Below are positions 31,477 through 41,825 of a DNA stretch of 64,000 nucleotides, piece after piece; position 1 is the first letter of the stretch, and the number at the start of each line of letters is the position of its first letter. This DNA comes from an uncultured Clostridia bacterium (GTDB lineage Bacteria > Bacillota > Clostridia > TANB77 > CAG-508), in NCBI GenBank assembly GCA_934129745.1, contig CAKOWZ010000010.1, positions 1,493 through 65,492 of the forward strand, in the 5' to 3' direction. Position numbers and translations under genes: made by a program. The notes under the pieces were generated by a model. That model did no database searches and was not told the DNA's origin. It worked only from the letters and a program-made list of their open reading frames with translations.

Positions 31477-31722
31477 ATGAGTCTTTTAGGTAAAATAAAA
31501 AAATTAAATTGTAATGATAAAAAAATAAGAAATACAGTTGTAAAAGGAATTGAATTTTCATTTATTTTTTGCTTATTTGCAAGTTATATATTAATTACAT
31601 ACATAGCCTCTGGAAATGTTTTAGCATATGACATCGGAATTGAAATGACAAAAACAGGGCTATTTTATTTGGTTTGTGTAATTATTTGTGGTATAGGTTT
31701 TAATCAAATAAAAAGAGATTGA
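31477..31722 (+). CDS. small membrane protein, hypothetical
   Basis: 81-aa ORF with two hydrophobic helices and an AGGAGG RBS. Confidence 0.3.
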   Translation: MSLLGKIKKLNCNDKKIRNTVVKGIEFSFIFCLFASYILITYIASGNVLAYDIGIEMTKTGLFYLVCVIICGIGFNQIKRD

Positions 31723-31785
31723 AAACCAAGTAAAAAGAGAATTAAAATCAAATAAAAAAATGGAAGGTGAGCAAAAAAAATTTAA

Positions 31786-31845
31786 AACAACCAAAAAAGA
31801 AATTGAAGATATGAATAATCTTCAATTTCTTTTTGGTTTGTAAAA
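31786..31845. terminator. bidirectional hairpin terminator between the small ORF and rpsT
   Basis: ACAACCAAAAAAGAAATTGAAG / CTTCAATTTCTTTTTGGTTTGT inverted repeat with flanking T/A runs. Confidence 0.6.
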
Positions 31846-31871
31846 AACTGTGCACAATTTTTTACTTAAAC

Positions 31872-32138
31872 TTATGCATTAATTGCATTTAATTTTTTTG
31901 CTAAATTTGATTTTTTTCTAGCAGCTGTATTTTTTACTATAACACCTTTTGCGCAAGCTTGATCAATTTTCTTTGTAGCTTGTGAGAATAATGTTGTAGC
32001 TTCTTCTTTATTACCAGCTTCTACAGCTTGTTCGAATTTTTTAACAGCTGATTTATATCCAGATTTAATCATATTGTTTCTTAAAGTTTTCTTTTCAATA
32101 ACAACAACACGTTTTTTTGCTGATTTAATATTTGGCAT
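31872..32138 (-). CDS. rpsT: 30S ribosomal protein S20
   Basis: [10 protein letters not shown]... bS20 sequence. GGAGGTG RBS 5 nt upstream. The ORF-track start at 32156 is an N-terminal over-extension. Confidence 0.85.
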   Translation of the reverse strand: MPNIKSAKKRVVVIEKKTLRNNMIKSGYKSAVKKFEQAVEAGNKEEATTLFSQATKKIDQACAKGVIVKNTAARKKSNLAKKLNAINA

Positions 32139-32451
32139 GTTTGCACCTCCGTTCAATTAATTAGTGATTTATAACAAACAATATTCTAACATAAAAAAAA
32201 CAGTTTTGCAAGGGGTTAAGATAAAAAAGTTTCTTTTTAAGTTACTGTTCACTACATTAATTAAATTATAGTTAAATTACATCTAAAATTACAAACAAAA
32301 ACATAAAAAAAGATATTAAACTATATAAATAAAATGTGTTAAAAAACATTGTTTTTAGAAAATTATGGTGATATAATAAGCAAAATTAGGTTATAAATCA
32401 TGAAACTTAAAAATATTATTCATATTAGGTAATTCCTAACAATTTTGTGAG

Positions 32452-33882
32452 GTGAAGATAATGACTGGAAATTATGAAGTTATTGAAGTTACAAAAGAAA
32501 ATGAACAACAATATTTAAAAGGTATTGTTGAATTAGAAGAATTGGTATTAGACAAAATGGAAAAATCTGGTAGAATTGGTCAACTTTTTATAACAAGTGA
32601 AAATGACATAAAAGATTATATAGAATCTAATTCTAATCATGTAATGGTTGCAATAAATAATTCTGATAAATCTATAATTTCTACAGCTTATATAACTCAA
32701 GGACAACAAGATTTTTCTTATAATGATATTACTAAATATGTTAAAAGTGGGGAAGATTATACAAAATTTGTTAGGTCTAAATATTCAAAAAATGAATATG
32801 AGCATAATCTTAGAAAAACATATATTGATAAAATAACTGCTTTTGTATATGCAAGAGATATGATATTAAAAGAAAATAATATTGATAAACTAGATGAAAT
32901 GACTGAAGAACAAAAAAATGCGATATTTATGGAATTTGTTGAAAATGAACGTAAAGATACAAAAAATGGATTTCAAGAAGTAAGCAAAATTCGTGAAAGT
33001 TTAAATAAAAATATGGCTGCATATATGAAATTTGTAAAGAAAAATATAGAAGGTTATCGTAATTTTTATTGGGCAGATTTTGAATTTTTAAAGAAAAATT
33101 GTGAACATAATAAACCTGAAGATATAGGAAAAAAATCAAATAATTTATTTGGAAAAATATTTAAAATATTAAAAGAAAATGATTCAGAAGAAAATAGTGA
33201 AAAACAAATATGTACATATGATTCAACAATGGAAACATATGACAAAATAATGAGTTATCAAAAATATAATATTAAAGATATGAGTCATTGCCAAAATAAA
33301 AGCAAATATTTTAATGCAAATACATCAAATACAATTGAATTAGATACATATATAACACATCCAAATAATAGAGAAAATGGTATTGCTAGAATTGTTGTTT
33401 TAAATGGATTAAAAAAATCTTTAAATCAAGTTTTGAAAAATGAAAAAAATTCAGAAATTTTTATTGCATCTACATTACATCAAGACAATTTATCTTCAAA
33501 ATATGTTTCAGAATTTTTTGGACTAACAGATTATATATTTGTTAATAGAAGAACAGGAAGAGATAGGCAGGTACATTTATTTGGAATGAAAAGAGAAGAT
33601 GTTCCAGAATATCTTAGAAAAATGGAGAAAAAAATAGCTGTTTTGTATGGATATAATCCATCAAAAATTGATATTAATGATAATGAAAAATTGAAAATTA
33701 TAAATGAACAACTTAATTATGAAATTAATGAATTACAAAGATTAAATGAAATCAAAAATCTAGAAAAACATCAAAAATTTAGTGGATATATAAAAGTTAA
33801 AAAAAGTAAAATCGAACAGTTGAAAGAAATGAAAAATAGTATTAAAATTGAAAAGGAAAATATAGGTTTAAGAGGTTTATAG
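32452..33882 (+). CDS. hypothetical protein (possibly GNAT-like domains plus C-terminal coiled coil)
   Basis: 476-aa ORF. Weak acetyltransferase-like blocks (GIARIVVLNGLK). No confident family. Confidence 0.4.
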   Translation: MKIMTGNYEVIEVTKENEQQYLKGIVELEELVLDKMEKSGRIGQLFITSENDIKDYIESNSNHVMVAINNSDKSIISTAYITQGQQDFSYNDITKYVKSGEDYTKFVRSKYSKNEYEHNLRKTYIDKITAFVYARDMILKENNIDKLDEMTEEQKNAIFMEFVENERKDTKNGFQEVSKIRESLNKNMAAYMKFVKKNIEGYRNFYWADFEFLKKNCEHNKPEDIGKKSNNLFGKIFKILKENDSEENSEKQICTYDSTMETYDKIMSYQKYNIKDMSHCQNKSKYFNANTSNTIELDTYITHPNNRENGIARIVVLNGLKKSLNQVLKNEKNSEIFIASTLHQDNLSSKYVSEFFGLTDYIFVNRRTGRDRQVHLFGMKREDVPEYLRKMEKKIAVLYGYNPSKIDINDNEKLKIINEQLNYEINELQRLNEIKNLEKHQKFSGYIKVKKSKIEQLKEMKNSIKIEKENIGLRGL

Positions 33883-33929
33883 GCAAATCCTTTGTAAAAA
33901 CCTAAATACAATAAAAGGATATGATTTTT

Positions 33930-34532
33930 ATGAAAAATGTTGAATATACATGGCCAATAATTCCTAAATATAAAGTATGTGAACATGATAAATATGGAAT
34001 AAGAAATAATCATTATGTTATTTTTAAACAAAGAGCTCATTCTGGATTTGATATAACTGCAGATTATGGAACTGATGTTAAATCTATGGCAAATGGAAAA
34101 GTTATTTGCACTGGATTTGATGGGACAACTACTGAGGGATTTGATAGATTTAATATGGGTTATGGTAACAGAGTTGAAATATTAAATGATGATGGTAGAA
34201 GATGTGTTTATGGACATTTAAGTGAAATATTTGTTAAAAAAGGAGATATTGTTAATAATAATACAATTATCGGAAAAACTGGATGTTCAGGAGGCTCAAG
34301 GGTCCCACATTTACATATTGAAATTAGAAAAAATAATACAGAACAAACAGGTTTAGATTATACTTTAAATCCTTTAGATGTTTTACCTAAATTCGATTTT
34401 TCTGTATTAAAAGAGGAATTTACAGTAGAACCATATGCGAAATTATGGAAAAAAATGGCTTCAGAAGAAAATCCATGGGGGTTTAGCAAAGATGATGTTT
34501 GGTATAGTGAAGATGAAAATTATATAAAGTAA
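33930..34532 (+). CDS. M23 family metallopeptidase
   Basis: HxxxD and HxH Zn-ligand motifs: HSGFDITADYGTDV and PHLHIEIR. Confidence 0.75.
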   Translation: MKNVEYTWPIIPKYKVCEHDKYGIRNNHYVIFKQRAHSGFDITADYGTDVKSMANGKVICTGFDGTTTEGFDRFNMGYGNRVEILNDDGRRCVYGHLSEIFVKKGDIVNNNTIIGKTGCSGGSRVPHLHIEIRKNNTEQTGLDYTLNPLDVLPKFDFSVLKEEFTVEPYAKLWKKMASEENPWGFSKDDVWYSEDENYIK

Positions 34533-34670
34533 ATTTTTCACAAAAAGGTTGAAATATTTTAATAAACAATATATAATGAAATCATGAATTAGGAAAAGTG
34601 AGCATCAATGGATTTTTTGCACCTTTTCCAAAACTAAAGAAAGACTAACTAGAAAAAAGGAGTGATTGTT

Positions 34671-35204
34671 ATGAAAATAAAAATAACAGGGAAGGATTTA
34701 AAAGCTACAGATGCAATCAAAGATTATGTTGAGAAAAAGAGTGAAAGATTACAAAAATATTCAGAAGATGAAATTGATGTACAAGTAACAATTAAAACAG
34801 AGGGCATTAATCAAGTTGCAGAATTAAGCGCAAATATTAATGGAGATATCTATAGAGCTGTAACAGAAAATAAAGATTTATATGCATCAATTGATAAAGA
34901 TATAGATATAATAGAAGGTCAAATTAGAAAAACAAAAGCAAAAAAAGATAAACAAAATATGAGTGGTTCAATTAAAAACGCTGTTGAAATTAGCTTTGGT
35001 GCTGAAGACCATAAAGTAGAAAATGAAATTTTAAAAACAGCTTATTATGATGTAAAACCTATGTCAGCAGAAGATGCTAAATTAGTTTTATCTGAAAAAA
35101 GAGATGCATTTTTAGCATTTGTTAATATTGATACAAATAAAGTAAATGTTATTTTTAAATTAAAAGATGGTAAAAATTTTGGTTTAGTTGAACCAGAAGC
35201 ATAA
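34671..35204 (+). CDS. hpf: ribosome hibernation promoting factor (long HPF)
   Basis: N-terminal S30AE/RaiA fold (MKIKITGKDLKATDAIKDYVEKK) plus C-terminal dimerisation extension. ATG 8 nt after AAGGAG. Confidence 0.8.
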   Translation: MKIKITGKDLKATDAIKDYVEKKSERLQKYSEDEIDVQVTIKTEGINQVAELSANINGDIYRAVTENKDLYASIDKDIDIIEGQIRKTKAKKDKQNMSGSIKNAVEISFGAEDHKVENEILKTAYYDVKPMSAEDAKLVLSEKRDAFLAFVNIDTNKVNVIFKLKDGKNFGLVEPEA

Positions 35205-35230
35205 ATTTAAATAATTAAAAACAGATTAAT

Positions 35231-35290
35231 AAATCCAGAAATTTCAATGATATTAGATGTAAATTGAAATTTTTGGATTTATTTTTTTGT
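35231..35290 (+). terminator. rho-independent terminator after hpf
   Basis: AAATCCAGAAATTTCAAT ... ATTGAAATTTTTGGATTT stem followed by a T-run. Confidence 0.7.
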
Positions 35291-35405
35291 GGAATTATAA
35301 GCTAAAAAACAAAGGCAAATTTCCATAAAAAAGGCACATAATTTGACAATAGAACAAAAATTTGGTATAATAAAGTGATGTTAATAAAATAAGGAGGAGA
35401 TACAA

Positions 35406-36359
35406 ATGAATAATATTTATGATGAAAAAGATACACAATTAAATGATAATTATGATTTTGAAGGTAAAATGACTATTGATGAGGCATTAAGTGAACTTTA
35501 TGATGAGCAATTAGATTATGAAGAAATGAAAATAAAACAAGAGAGAGAAAGAGAAAGAAAAAGATTAGAACAACAAAAAAATATAAGAAAACCTTCAAAC
35601 AACAATAATAGAAATAAAAGAAAATTTACAACAAGAGGAAAAGCATTAATATTTGCAATGTTAATGGGATTAGGTTGGGCTGCTAAAAAGCCAATTGAAG
35701 ATATTAAATATCAAATAGATATTGACAAAAATAATAAAGCAGTTTTAATGCTAGAACCATCTGACAGTGTTGAACTTTCTCCTGAACAGAGAAAACAAGC
35801 AATTGAATTTTTGACAGCAGCTTTTGAATATAAAGATGGAAAAGTTTCTAAAGAAGAAATGAAACAAAATTCAGATATAATTGATAATTATGTTAAAAAC
35901 GGAGATGCAATTAATTTAGCACAAAAAATCATGACACAAAAATTAGATTTTGCAAGAAGAAATGGTGAATTATCATATGAAGATATTGATGAAAAAAATA
36001 CTGAAACTGAAATTAATTTCTTTAAAGATTTTGAAGGAGGTTCAGGATTTAGAATTGAGGGTGTTAAAGGTGAAACATATTCAATTTATAATTTACCTAT
36101 ATTGGAAAACAAAATACCAAGAAATTTAAAAAAGGTAGCTAAAGATTGTTTAAAATATAGAGATACTAATTGGCAAAAATATGATAAAGATAAACGTATT
36201 AAAATAGGTTGTGAATTAGCAGAACATATAGAAACAATGATGAATGAAAATTATTTAATAGATGAAAATAAAATATTAAATAAAGGAATAAAAAGAATTA
36301 ATGATGAAGATGCAGAAAAAGTTTCATCAAATTCTTATAAAAATAATTATGAAAGATAA
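35406..36359 (+). CDS. hypothetical protein with basic region and single TM helix
   Basis: 317-aa ORF with a GGAGGAG RBS. Confidence 0.4.
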   Translation: MNNIYDEKDTQLNDNYDFEGKMTIDEALSELYDEQLDYEEMKIKQERERERKRLEQQKNIRKPSNNNNRNKRKFTTRGKALIFAMLMGLGWAAKKPIEDIKYQIDIDKNNKAVLMLEPSDSVELSPEQRKQAIEFLTAAFEYKDGKVSKEEMKQNSDIIDNYVKNGDAINLAQKIMTQKLDFARRNGELSYEDIDEKNTETEINFFKDFEGGSGFRIEGVKGETYSIYNLPILENKIPRNLKKVAKDCLKYRDTNWQKYDKDKRIKIGCELAEHIETMMNENYLIDENKILNKGIKRINDEDAEKVSSNSYKNNYER

Positions 36360-36430
36360 TAAAAGATAATATTTGAATTAAAAGAAAATTAAAAATATAT
36401 AGAATATAAGAGAATAATATATAAAATAAA

Positions 36431-36477
36431 GTCAGAAATTTAAAAATGAAAAATTAAATTTCTGGCTCTTTTTTTAT
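36431..36477 (+). terminator. rho-independent terminator
   Basis: GTCAGAAATTTAA / TTAAATTTCTGGC stem followed by TCTTTTTTT. Confidence 0.65.
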
Positions 36478-36600
36478 ATTTTGGGAAAACTATTAATAAA
36501 TATAAAATACAATAATATTTATTACCAAAAAACACTTGTGTAATAAAGAAAAATATGATATAAATAATACTGTAAACCTTAAAAAGAGAGGTGTTTTTTA

Positions 36601-37356
36601 ATGGAAGAAATATTAAAACCAAAACCAAAAAGAACTATATTAATAGTTGATGATGAAAAACCAATTGTTGATATATTAGTATATAATTTACAAAAAGAAG
36701 GATATGACACATTAGAAGCCAGAGATGGTGAAGAAGGTGTTAGAGTTGCCTTAGAAAAAAAACCAGATTTAATTTTATTAGATATAATGTTACCAAAAAT
36801 GGATGGTCTTGCAGTTTGTAAAAGAATTAGACATAGTTTAAATGTTCCAATTTTAATGTTATCTGCTAAAGATGAAGAAATTGACAAAATTTTAGGATTA
36901 GAATTAGGTGCAGATGATTATGTTACAAAACCTTTTAGTGTAAGAGAACTAATGGCAAGAGTTAAAGCAAATTTAAGAAAATTAGATATTGCAAATGAAA
37001 ACAATGTTACAGAAAAAACTAAACAAAAACAAGATGAACATAAAAGTAAAAATAAAATTGAAGTTGGAGATTTAGTACTAGATTTAGATAAATTTGAAGT
37101 AAAAGTTAGAGGAGAAGTAATAGATTTAACATTAAGAGAATTTGAAGTCTTAAAATATCTTGCAAAACAACCAGGTCAAGTCATTACAAGAGAAGTTCTA
37201 CTTGAAAAAGTATGGGGATATGAGTATTATGGTGATATTAGAACAGTTGATGTTACTGTCAGAAGAATAAGAGAAAAAATAGAATCAGATACATCTAACC
37301 CTAAAATTTTGGTTACAAAAAGAGGTGTAGGATATTATATTTACACTGATAAGTAA
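36601..37356 (+). CDS. OmpR-family response regulator (WalR/ResD-like)
   Basis: Receiver domain (ILIVDDEKPIVDIL; D at LLDIMLPKMDG) plus C-terminal winged-helix trans_reg_C (RLTLREFEVLKYL). Confidence 0.85.
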   Translation: MEEILKPKPKRTILIVDDEKPIVDILVYNLQKEGYDTLEARDGEEGVRVALEKKPDLILLDIMLPKMDGLAVCKRIRHSLNVPILMLSAKDEEIDKILGLELGADDYVTKPFSVRELMARVKANLRKLDIANENNVTEKTKQKQDEHKSKNKIEVGDLVLDLDKFEVKVRGEVIDLTLREFEVLKYLAKQPGQVITREVLLEKVWGYEYYGDIRTVDVTVRRIREKIESDTSNPKILVTKRGVGYYIYTDK

Positions 37357-37376
37357 CAGAAAAGAGGTTCAAATAA

Positions 37377-38771
37377 ATGCAGAAATCAATGCAAAATAAA
37401 TTAATCGCAATTTGTATAATTTTAGGAACAATTTTAATTAGCTTGATTGGATATATTTATATAAATGATATTTCAAAATTATCTGATATAAATCAAATTA
37501 TTGGAATAACAAAAAAATATATGATAATTTCATTAGTCATTTTTGTTAGTAGTGTAATAATTGGAAGTGAAATATTAAAAAGAGCTGTAAAAAAATCTAT
37601 GGTAAATATTGTAAAAAAAGCTGGCAAGATTGTTACAAATGATAAAAAAGAAATAAAATTATTACAAGATGGAAATAGATCAAAAGATGAGTTTATGTGT
37701 GCTTTTGATGATGCAACATTAGAAATAAGAGAAAATTTAAAAGAACTTGATAAACAGAAAAAACAAATTGAAACAATTTTATTACATGTAACAGATGGTA
37801 TTTTAGCTTTTAATTTAGAAGGTGAAGTAACACATAAAAATATTGCTGCTGAAAGATTATTAGGATTATCAAAAGATGATGATGATTTTGAAAAAATCTT
37901 TTCGAAAATTGATGTTGATGTAAATTTAGAAAAAATTATTTATTTAGAAGAATGGACTTCATCAGACAGAAAAGTAAGAATAAATGATAAATATCTTAAT
38001 TTATTATTTGTACCATATAAAGATAATACTGAAAAAACAGCAGGTGTTATTGCAGTTATACAAGATATTACAGAACATGTAAAATTAGATAATATGAGAA
38101 AAGAATTTGTAGCAGATGTGTCACATGAATTAAAAACTCCTATTACATCAATTATGGGATATGCTGATACACTTTTAGAAGGAGAATATGATGATGCAAC
38201 TAAAACAAAGTTTTTAAATGTTATTGCATCTGAAGCTAGAAGAATGGCTAAATTAGTTACAGATTTACTTGCATTATCTAGATATGATACAAATAAAAGT
38301 AGAATTGAAAAAACTGAATTTGATTTAGGTGAATTAGTAAAAAAATGTCAAGAAAAATTACAAATAGAAATAGACAAAAAACATCATAAAGTTGAAAATT
38401 TAGTTACAGCAAATGTTCCATTAGTTTATGCTGATAAATCAGGAATTGAAAGAGTTGTTTTAAATATATTATCAAATAGTATAAAATATACTAAAGAAAA
38501 AGGGCATATAAAAATATATGTTGGTTTTGTTTATAATGATGCATATATTAAAATTATTGATAATGGAATTGGAATTCCAGAAGAAGATTTAACTAGAATT
38601 TTTGAAAGATTTTACAGAGTTGATAAAGCACGTAGTAGAGAACTTGGTGGTACTGGATTAGGGTTATCAATTGCTAAAGAAATTTTGAATCAAAATGGTG
38701 GAAGTATTGATATAAAAAGTGAAGTTGGAAAAGGAACTGAAGTTGTTATAAGAGTTCCTACAAAGAAATAG
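37377..38771 (+). CDS. sensor histidine kinase (two TM helices, PAS-like, HisKA, HATPase_c)
   Basis: H-box VSHELKTPITSI. N/G boxes in the C-terminal region (GGTGLGLSIAK). Confidence 0.8.
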   Translation: MQKSMQNKLIAICIILGTILISLIGYIYINDISKLSDINQIIGITKKYMIISLVIFVSSVIIGSEILKRAVKKSMVNIVKKAGKIVTNDKKEIKLLQDGNRSKDEFMCAFDDATLEIRENLKELDKQKKQIETILLHVTDGILAFNLEGEVTHKNIAAERLLGLSKDDDDFEKIFSKIDVDVNLEKIIYLEEWTSSDRKVRINDKYLNLLFVPYKDNTEKTAGVIAVIQDITEHVKLDNMRKEFVADVSHELKTPITSIMGYADTLLEGEYDDATKTKFLNVIASEARRMAKLVTDLLALSRYDTNKSRIEKTEFDLGELVKKCQEKLQIEIDKKHHKVENLVTANVPLVYADKSGIERVVLNILSNSIKYTKEKGHIKIYVGFVYNDAYIKIIDNGIGIPEEDLTRIFERFYRVDKARSRELGGTGLGLSIAKEILNQNGGSIDIKSEVGKGTEVVIRVPTKK

Positions 38772-38789
38772 AAAGGAAGTATTTTTATA

Positions 38790-39446
38790 ATGGAAGAAAA
38801 AAATAAAGGAAAAGAAATAAGAGAATGGATATATTGTATTATTATTGCATTTGTTATAGTAATTTTAATCAAATCTTTTATAGGGGTTCCAACTGTAGTA
38901 AAACAAAGCTCTATGTATCCAACTTTAATGCAAAATGATAGATTATGGTTAAGTAGATGGGGGGCCAATTTTGACACTGTTCCTAATAGAGGTGATATAA
39001 TAACTTTTGAAGCCCCTACAACAAGAACAGTTGATGAATATCATGCTGATTTTGATAATCCTGTTGCTGAATATAATTATAATCCAACTAATCCAATTGT
39101 GAAATTTGTATATTATACTTTAGAAGTTGGAAAAACTAGTTACATAAAAAGAGTTATAGGAATCCCTGGAGACCATGTTGAAATAAAAGATGGTGGAGTA
39201 TATGTAAATGGACAAAGACTTGAAGAAAAATATTTACAAGATTATGTTGTAACAACTGATTTAGGTGGAGTTTTTCTTGATGTTATTGTACCTGATGATA
39301 CAGTTTATGTTTTAGGTGATAATAGGGGTGAATCTGTTGATAGTAGACGATTTGGATGTATTCCTGTTAATAAAATTGAAAGTAAAGCTATTTTCAGATT
39401 TTGGCCTGTTAATAAATTTGGTGGAATTTATAAAGATGTAAGATAA
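38790..39446 (+). CDS. lepB: signal peptidase I
   Basis: Catalytic SMYPTL (Ser) and GDNRGESVDSR (Lys-region) boxes. N-terminal TM anchor. Confidence 0.8.
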   Translation: MEEKNKGKEIREWIYCIIIAFVIVILIKSFIGVPTVVKQSSMYPTLMQNDRLWLSRWGANFDTVPNRGDIITFEAPTTRTVDEYHADFDNPVAEYNYNPTNPIVKFVYYTLEVGKTSYIKRVIGIPGDHVEIKDGGVYVNGQRLEEKYLQDYVVTTDLGGVFLDVIVPDDTVYVLGDNRGESVDSRRFGCIPVNKIESKAIFRFWPVNKFGGIYKDVR

Positions 39447-39479
39447 AAATAAAATATTATTAAAATTGGTGGTGGACTT

Positions 39480-40406
39480 GTGAGTTTTAATAAAATTATA
39501 GGAAATAAAAATATAAAAAATATTTTAACCAAATCTTTAAATAATAATACAGTTTTACATAGTTATATGTTTATTGGTGAACAGGGAATAGGCAAAAAAA
39601 TGATAGCTGAACAATTTGCTAAAATGATTTTATGTGAAGACTTTCAAGTAAATACAGAATGTGATAAATGTAAGTCTTGCATAGAATTTAATGGAGGAAA
39701 TAATCCAGATTATAGTTATATTGAACCAGATGGAAAAACAATCAAAATAGAACAGATAAGAGAAATACAATCTAAAGTTGTTGAAAAACCAGTAAATTCA
39801 GGCAAAAAAGTCTATGTTATAAATGATGCAGATCTAATGACAAAAGAGGCTCAGAATTGTTTATTAAAAACTTTAGAAGAGCCACCAGAATACATAGTGA
39901 TAATTCTAATTGTTAGTAATGAAAACAAGATGTTAACTACTATTAAATCAAGATGTATGAAATTATATTTTGAAAAAATTGCTGATGAAGAAATAAATAA
40001 ATTTCTTACAGAAAATTGTAATATATCAAATATTAGTAATAATATTTTAAGAATGTGTGATGGAAGTATTGGAAAATGTTTAAAAGTTAAAGATAGATTA
40101 GATGATTATAATGAAATCGAAAAAATATTTTCTAATATGAGTAATAAAAATATTACAAGTATTGTTAATAATTCAGATATTTTATATAAAAACAAAGATT
40201 TTATAAATGATTATTTGGATTATATTAATGTTATTTTATATGGCTATATTTTAGATAATGTACAAAAAACAAAATATATAAATTCAATAAAAATAGTAGA
40301 AAAAACTAAACAACGTTTATTAAGTAATAGCAATTATGATATGTGTATAGATTATTTACTTTTTAATATATGGGAGGAAATAAATGAAAAAAATAGTAGG
40401 TGTTAG
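39480..40406 (+). CDS. holB: DNA polymerase III delta' subunit
   Basis: AAA+ clamp-loader fold with a degenerate Walker A (GEQGIGKK), the Zn-module CDKCKSC, and SRC-like TIKSRC. GTG start after a GGTGGTGG RBS. Confidence 0.75.
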   Translation: MSFNKIIGNKNIKNILTKSLNNNTVLHSYMFIGEQGIGKKMIAEQFAKMILCEDFQVNTECDKCKSCIEFNGGNNPDYSYIEPDGKTIKIEQIREIQSKVVEKPVNSGKKVYVINDADLMTKEAQNCLLKTLEEPPEYIVIILIVSNENKMLTTIKSRCMKLYFEKIADEEINKFLTENCNISNISNNILRMCDGSIGKCLKVKDRLDDYNEIEKIFSNMSNKNITSIVNNSDILYKNKDFINDYLDYINVILYGYILDNVQKTKYINSIKIVEKTKQRLLSNSNYDMCIDYLLFNIWEEINEKNSRC

Positions 40407-41304
40407 ATTTAAGAAACCTGGTAAAATCTACTTTTTCGATCCAGAAGATTTAGATATAAATATGGGAGATAAGGTTATTGTTGAAACAGCTATGGGTGAA
40501 GAAATGGGTGATGTTGTTGTTAATAAAAAAGAATTGCCTGATGATAAAATAACAAATCCTTTGAAAAAAGTAGTCAGAATTGCTACAAAAGAAGATTTAA
40601 AAAATTTGGAATATTATAAAAGCAAAGAACCAGAAGCACTTAAGATTTGTGAAGAAAAAATTAAAAAACATAAATTAGACATGAATTTAACTGATGTTGA
40701 ATATAAATTTGATGGAAGTAAAGTATTATTTTATTTTACTGCTGATGGAAGAATTGATTTTAGAGAATTAGTTAAAGAATTAGCTGGTATATTTAAAACA
40801 AGAATTGAATTAAGACAAATTGGTGTAAGGGATGAAGTAAAAAGAATTGGTGGAAATGGTGTTTGTGGTAGAGAATTGTGTTGTTGTTCTTTTTTAGGAA
40901 ATTTTGAAACTGTTTCAATTAAAATGGCTAAAGAACAAAACATCTCTTTAAATCCATCTAAGATTTCTGGAAATTGTGGACGTTTAATGTGTTGTTTAAA
41001 ATATGAACAAGAAGCATATGAAGATAAATTAAAAAAATTACCTAAAATTGGAGCTATTGTTAAAACTCAAGATGGTGAAGGTGTTGTAGATAATGTGGAA
41101 ATATTAAAAGAGCAATTAAAAGTTAAGTTTAAAGATGGTGATGAATATTTTTATAAAAAATATGATGCTAAAGATGTTAAAATTATTAAAAATGGTAGTT
41201 CAAATAATAAGATGAATCTTGAAGAAGCGGAACATTTGAAAGAACTTAAGGAATTGGAAAAATTGGAAAAAATGGATAAGAAAAATAGTTCTGAGGATTT
41301 TTAG
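40384..41304 (+). CDS. ricT: PSP1-domain protein (RicT/YaaT-like)
   Basis: PSP1 C-terminal domain with the Cys cluster (CGRELCCCSF...CGRLMCC). Conserved position after holB. Confidence 0.7.
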   Translation: MKKIVGVRFKKPGKIYFFDPEDLDINMGDKVIVETAMGEEMGDVVVNKKELPDDKITNPLKKVVRIATKEDLKNLEYYKSKEPEALKICEEKIKKHKLDMNLTDVEYKFDGSKVLFYFTADGRIDFRELVKELAGIFKTRIELRQIGVRDEVKRIGGNGVCGRELCCCSFLGNFETVSIKMAKEQNISLNPSKISGNCGRLMCCLKYEQEAYEDKLKKLPKIGAIVKTQDGEGVVDNVEILKEQLKVKFKDGDEYFYKKYDAKDVKIIKNGSSNNKMNLEEAEHLKELKELEKLEKMDKKNSSEDF

Positions 41305-41388
41305 TTTTATAATTTAAATATATGAAAAATAATTGAAATAAAATTATATGATTATCAAAGTTAGATAAATTGAAAGGTGGTGAAAATT

Positions 41389-41565
41389 ATGGCTTACAAA
41401 ATAACAGAAGCTTGTATTTCATGTGGAGCATGTGCAGCTGAATGCCCAGTAGGGTGTATATCACAAGGTGAAGAAAGATATGTAATAAATAAAGATATGT
41501 GTATTGGTTGTGGAACATGTGAGGCTGTTTGTCCAGTTGGTGCACCAAAAGAAGATAATGATTAA
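41389..41565 (+). CDS. 2x[4Fe-4S] ferredoxin
   Basis: Two CxxCxxCxxxCP motifs in 58 aa. ATG 41389 after a GGTGGTG RBS. Confidence 0.7.
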   Translation: MAYKITEACISCGACAAECPVGCISQGEERYVINKDMCIGCGTCEAVCPVGAPKEDND

Positions 41566-41632
41566 TATATTGCATAAAATGTATATATTAATATATTCCA
41601 ATATACTAATATAAAATAATGCTAATATACTA

Positions 41633-41668
41633 AAAAAAATCGTTTCTAGAATGAAACGATTTTTTTTA
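41633..41668 (+). terminator. rho-independent terminator after ferredoxin
   Basis: ATCGTTTC-TAGAAT-GAAACGAT stem followed by T8. Confidence 0.7.
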
Positions 41669-41825
41669 TATAAAATAATTTTTTAGTATCTAATATAATT
41701 AAATTTTTAGTCCATCTATTATATCTAAATCCCAAAAATTTCTTTACAAATACACAAAAAAATGATTTAATGTAAATGTAAACAACATAAGAATAAAAGC
41801 AAAATACAAAAGAGGGGGGATTTAT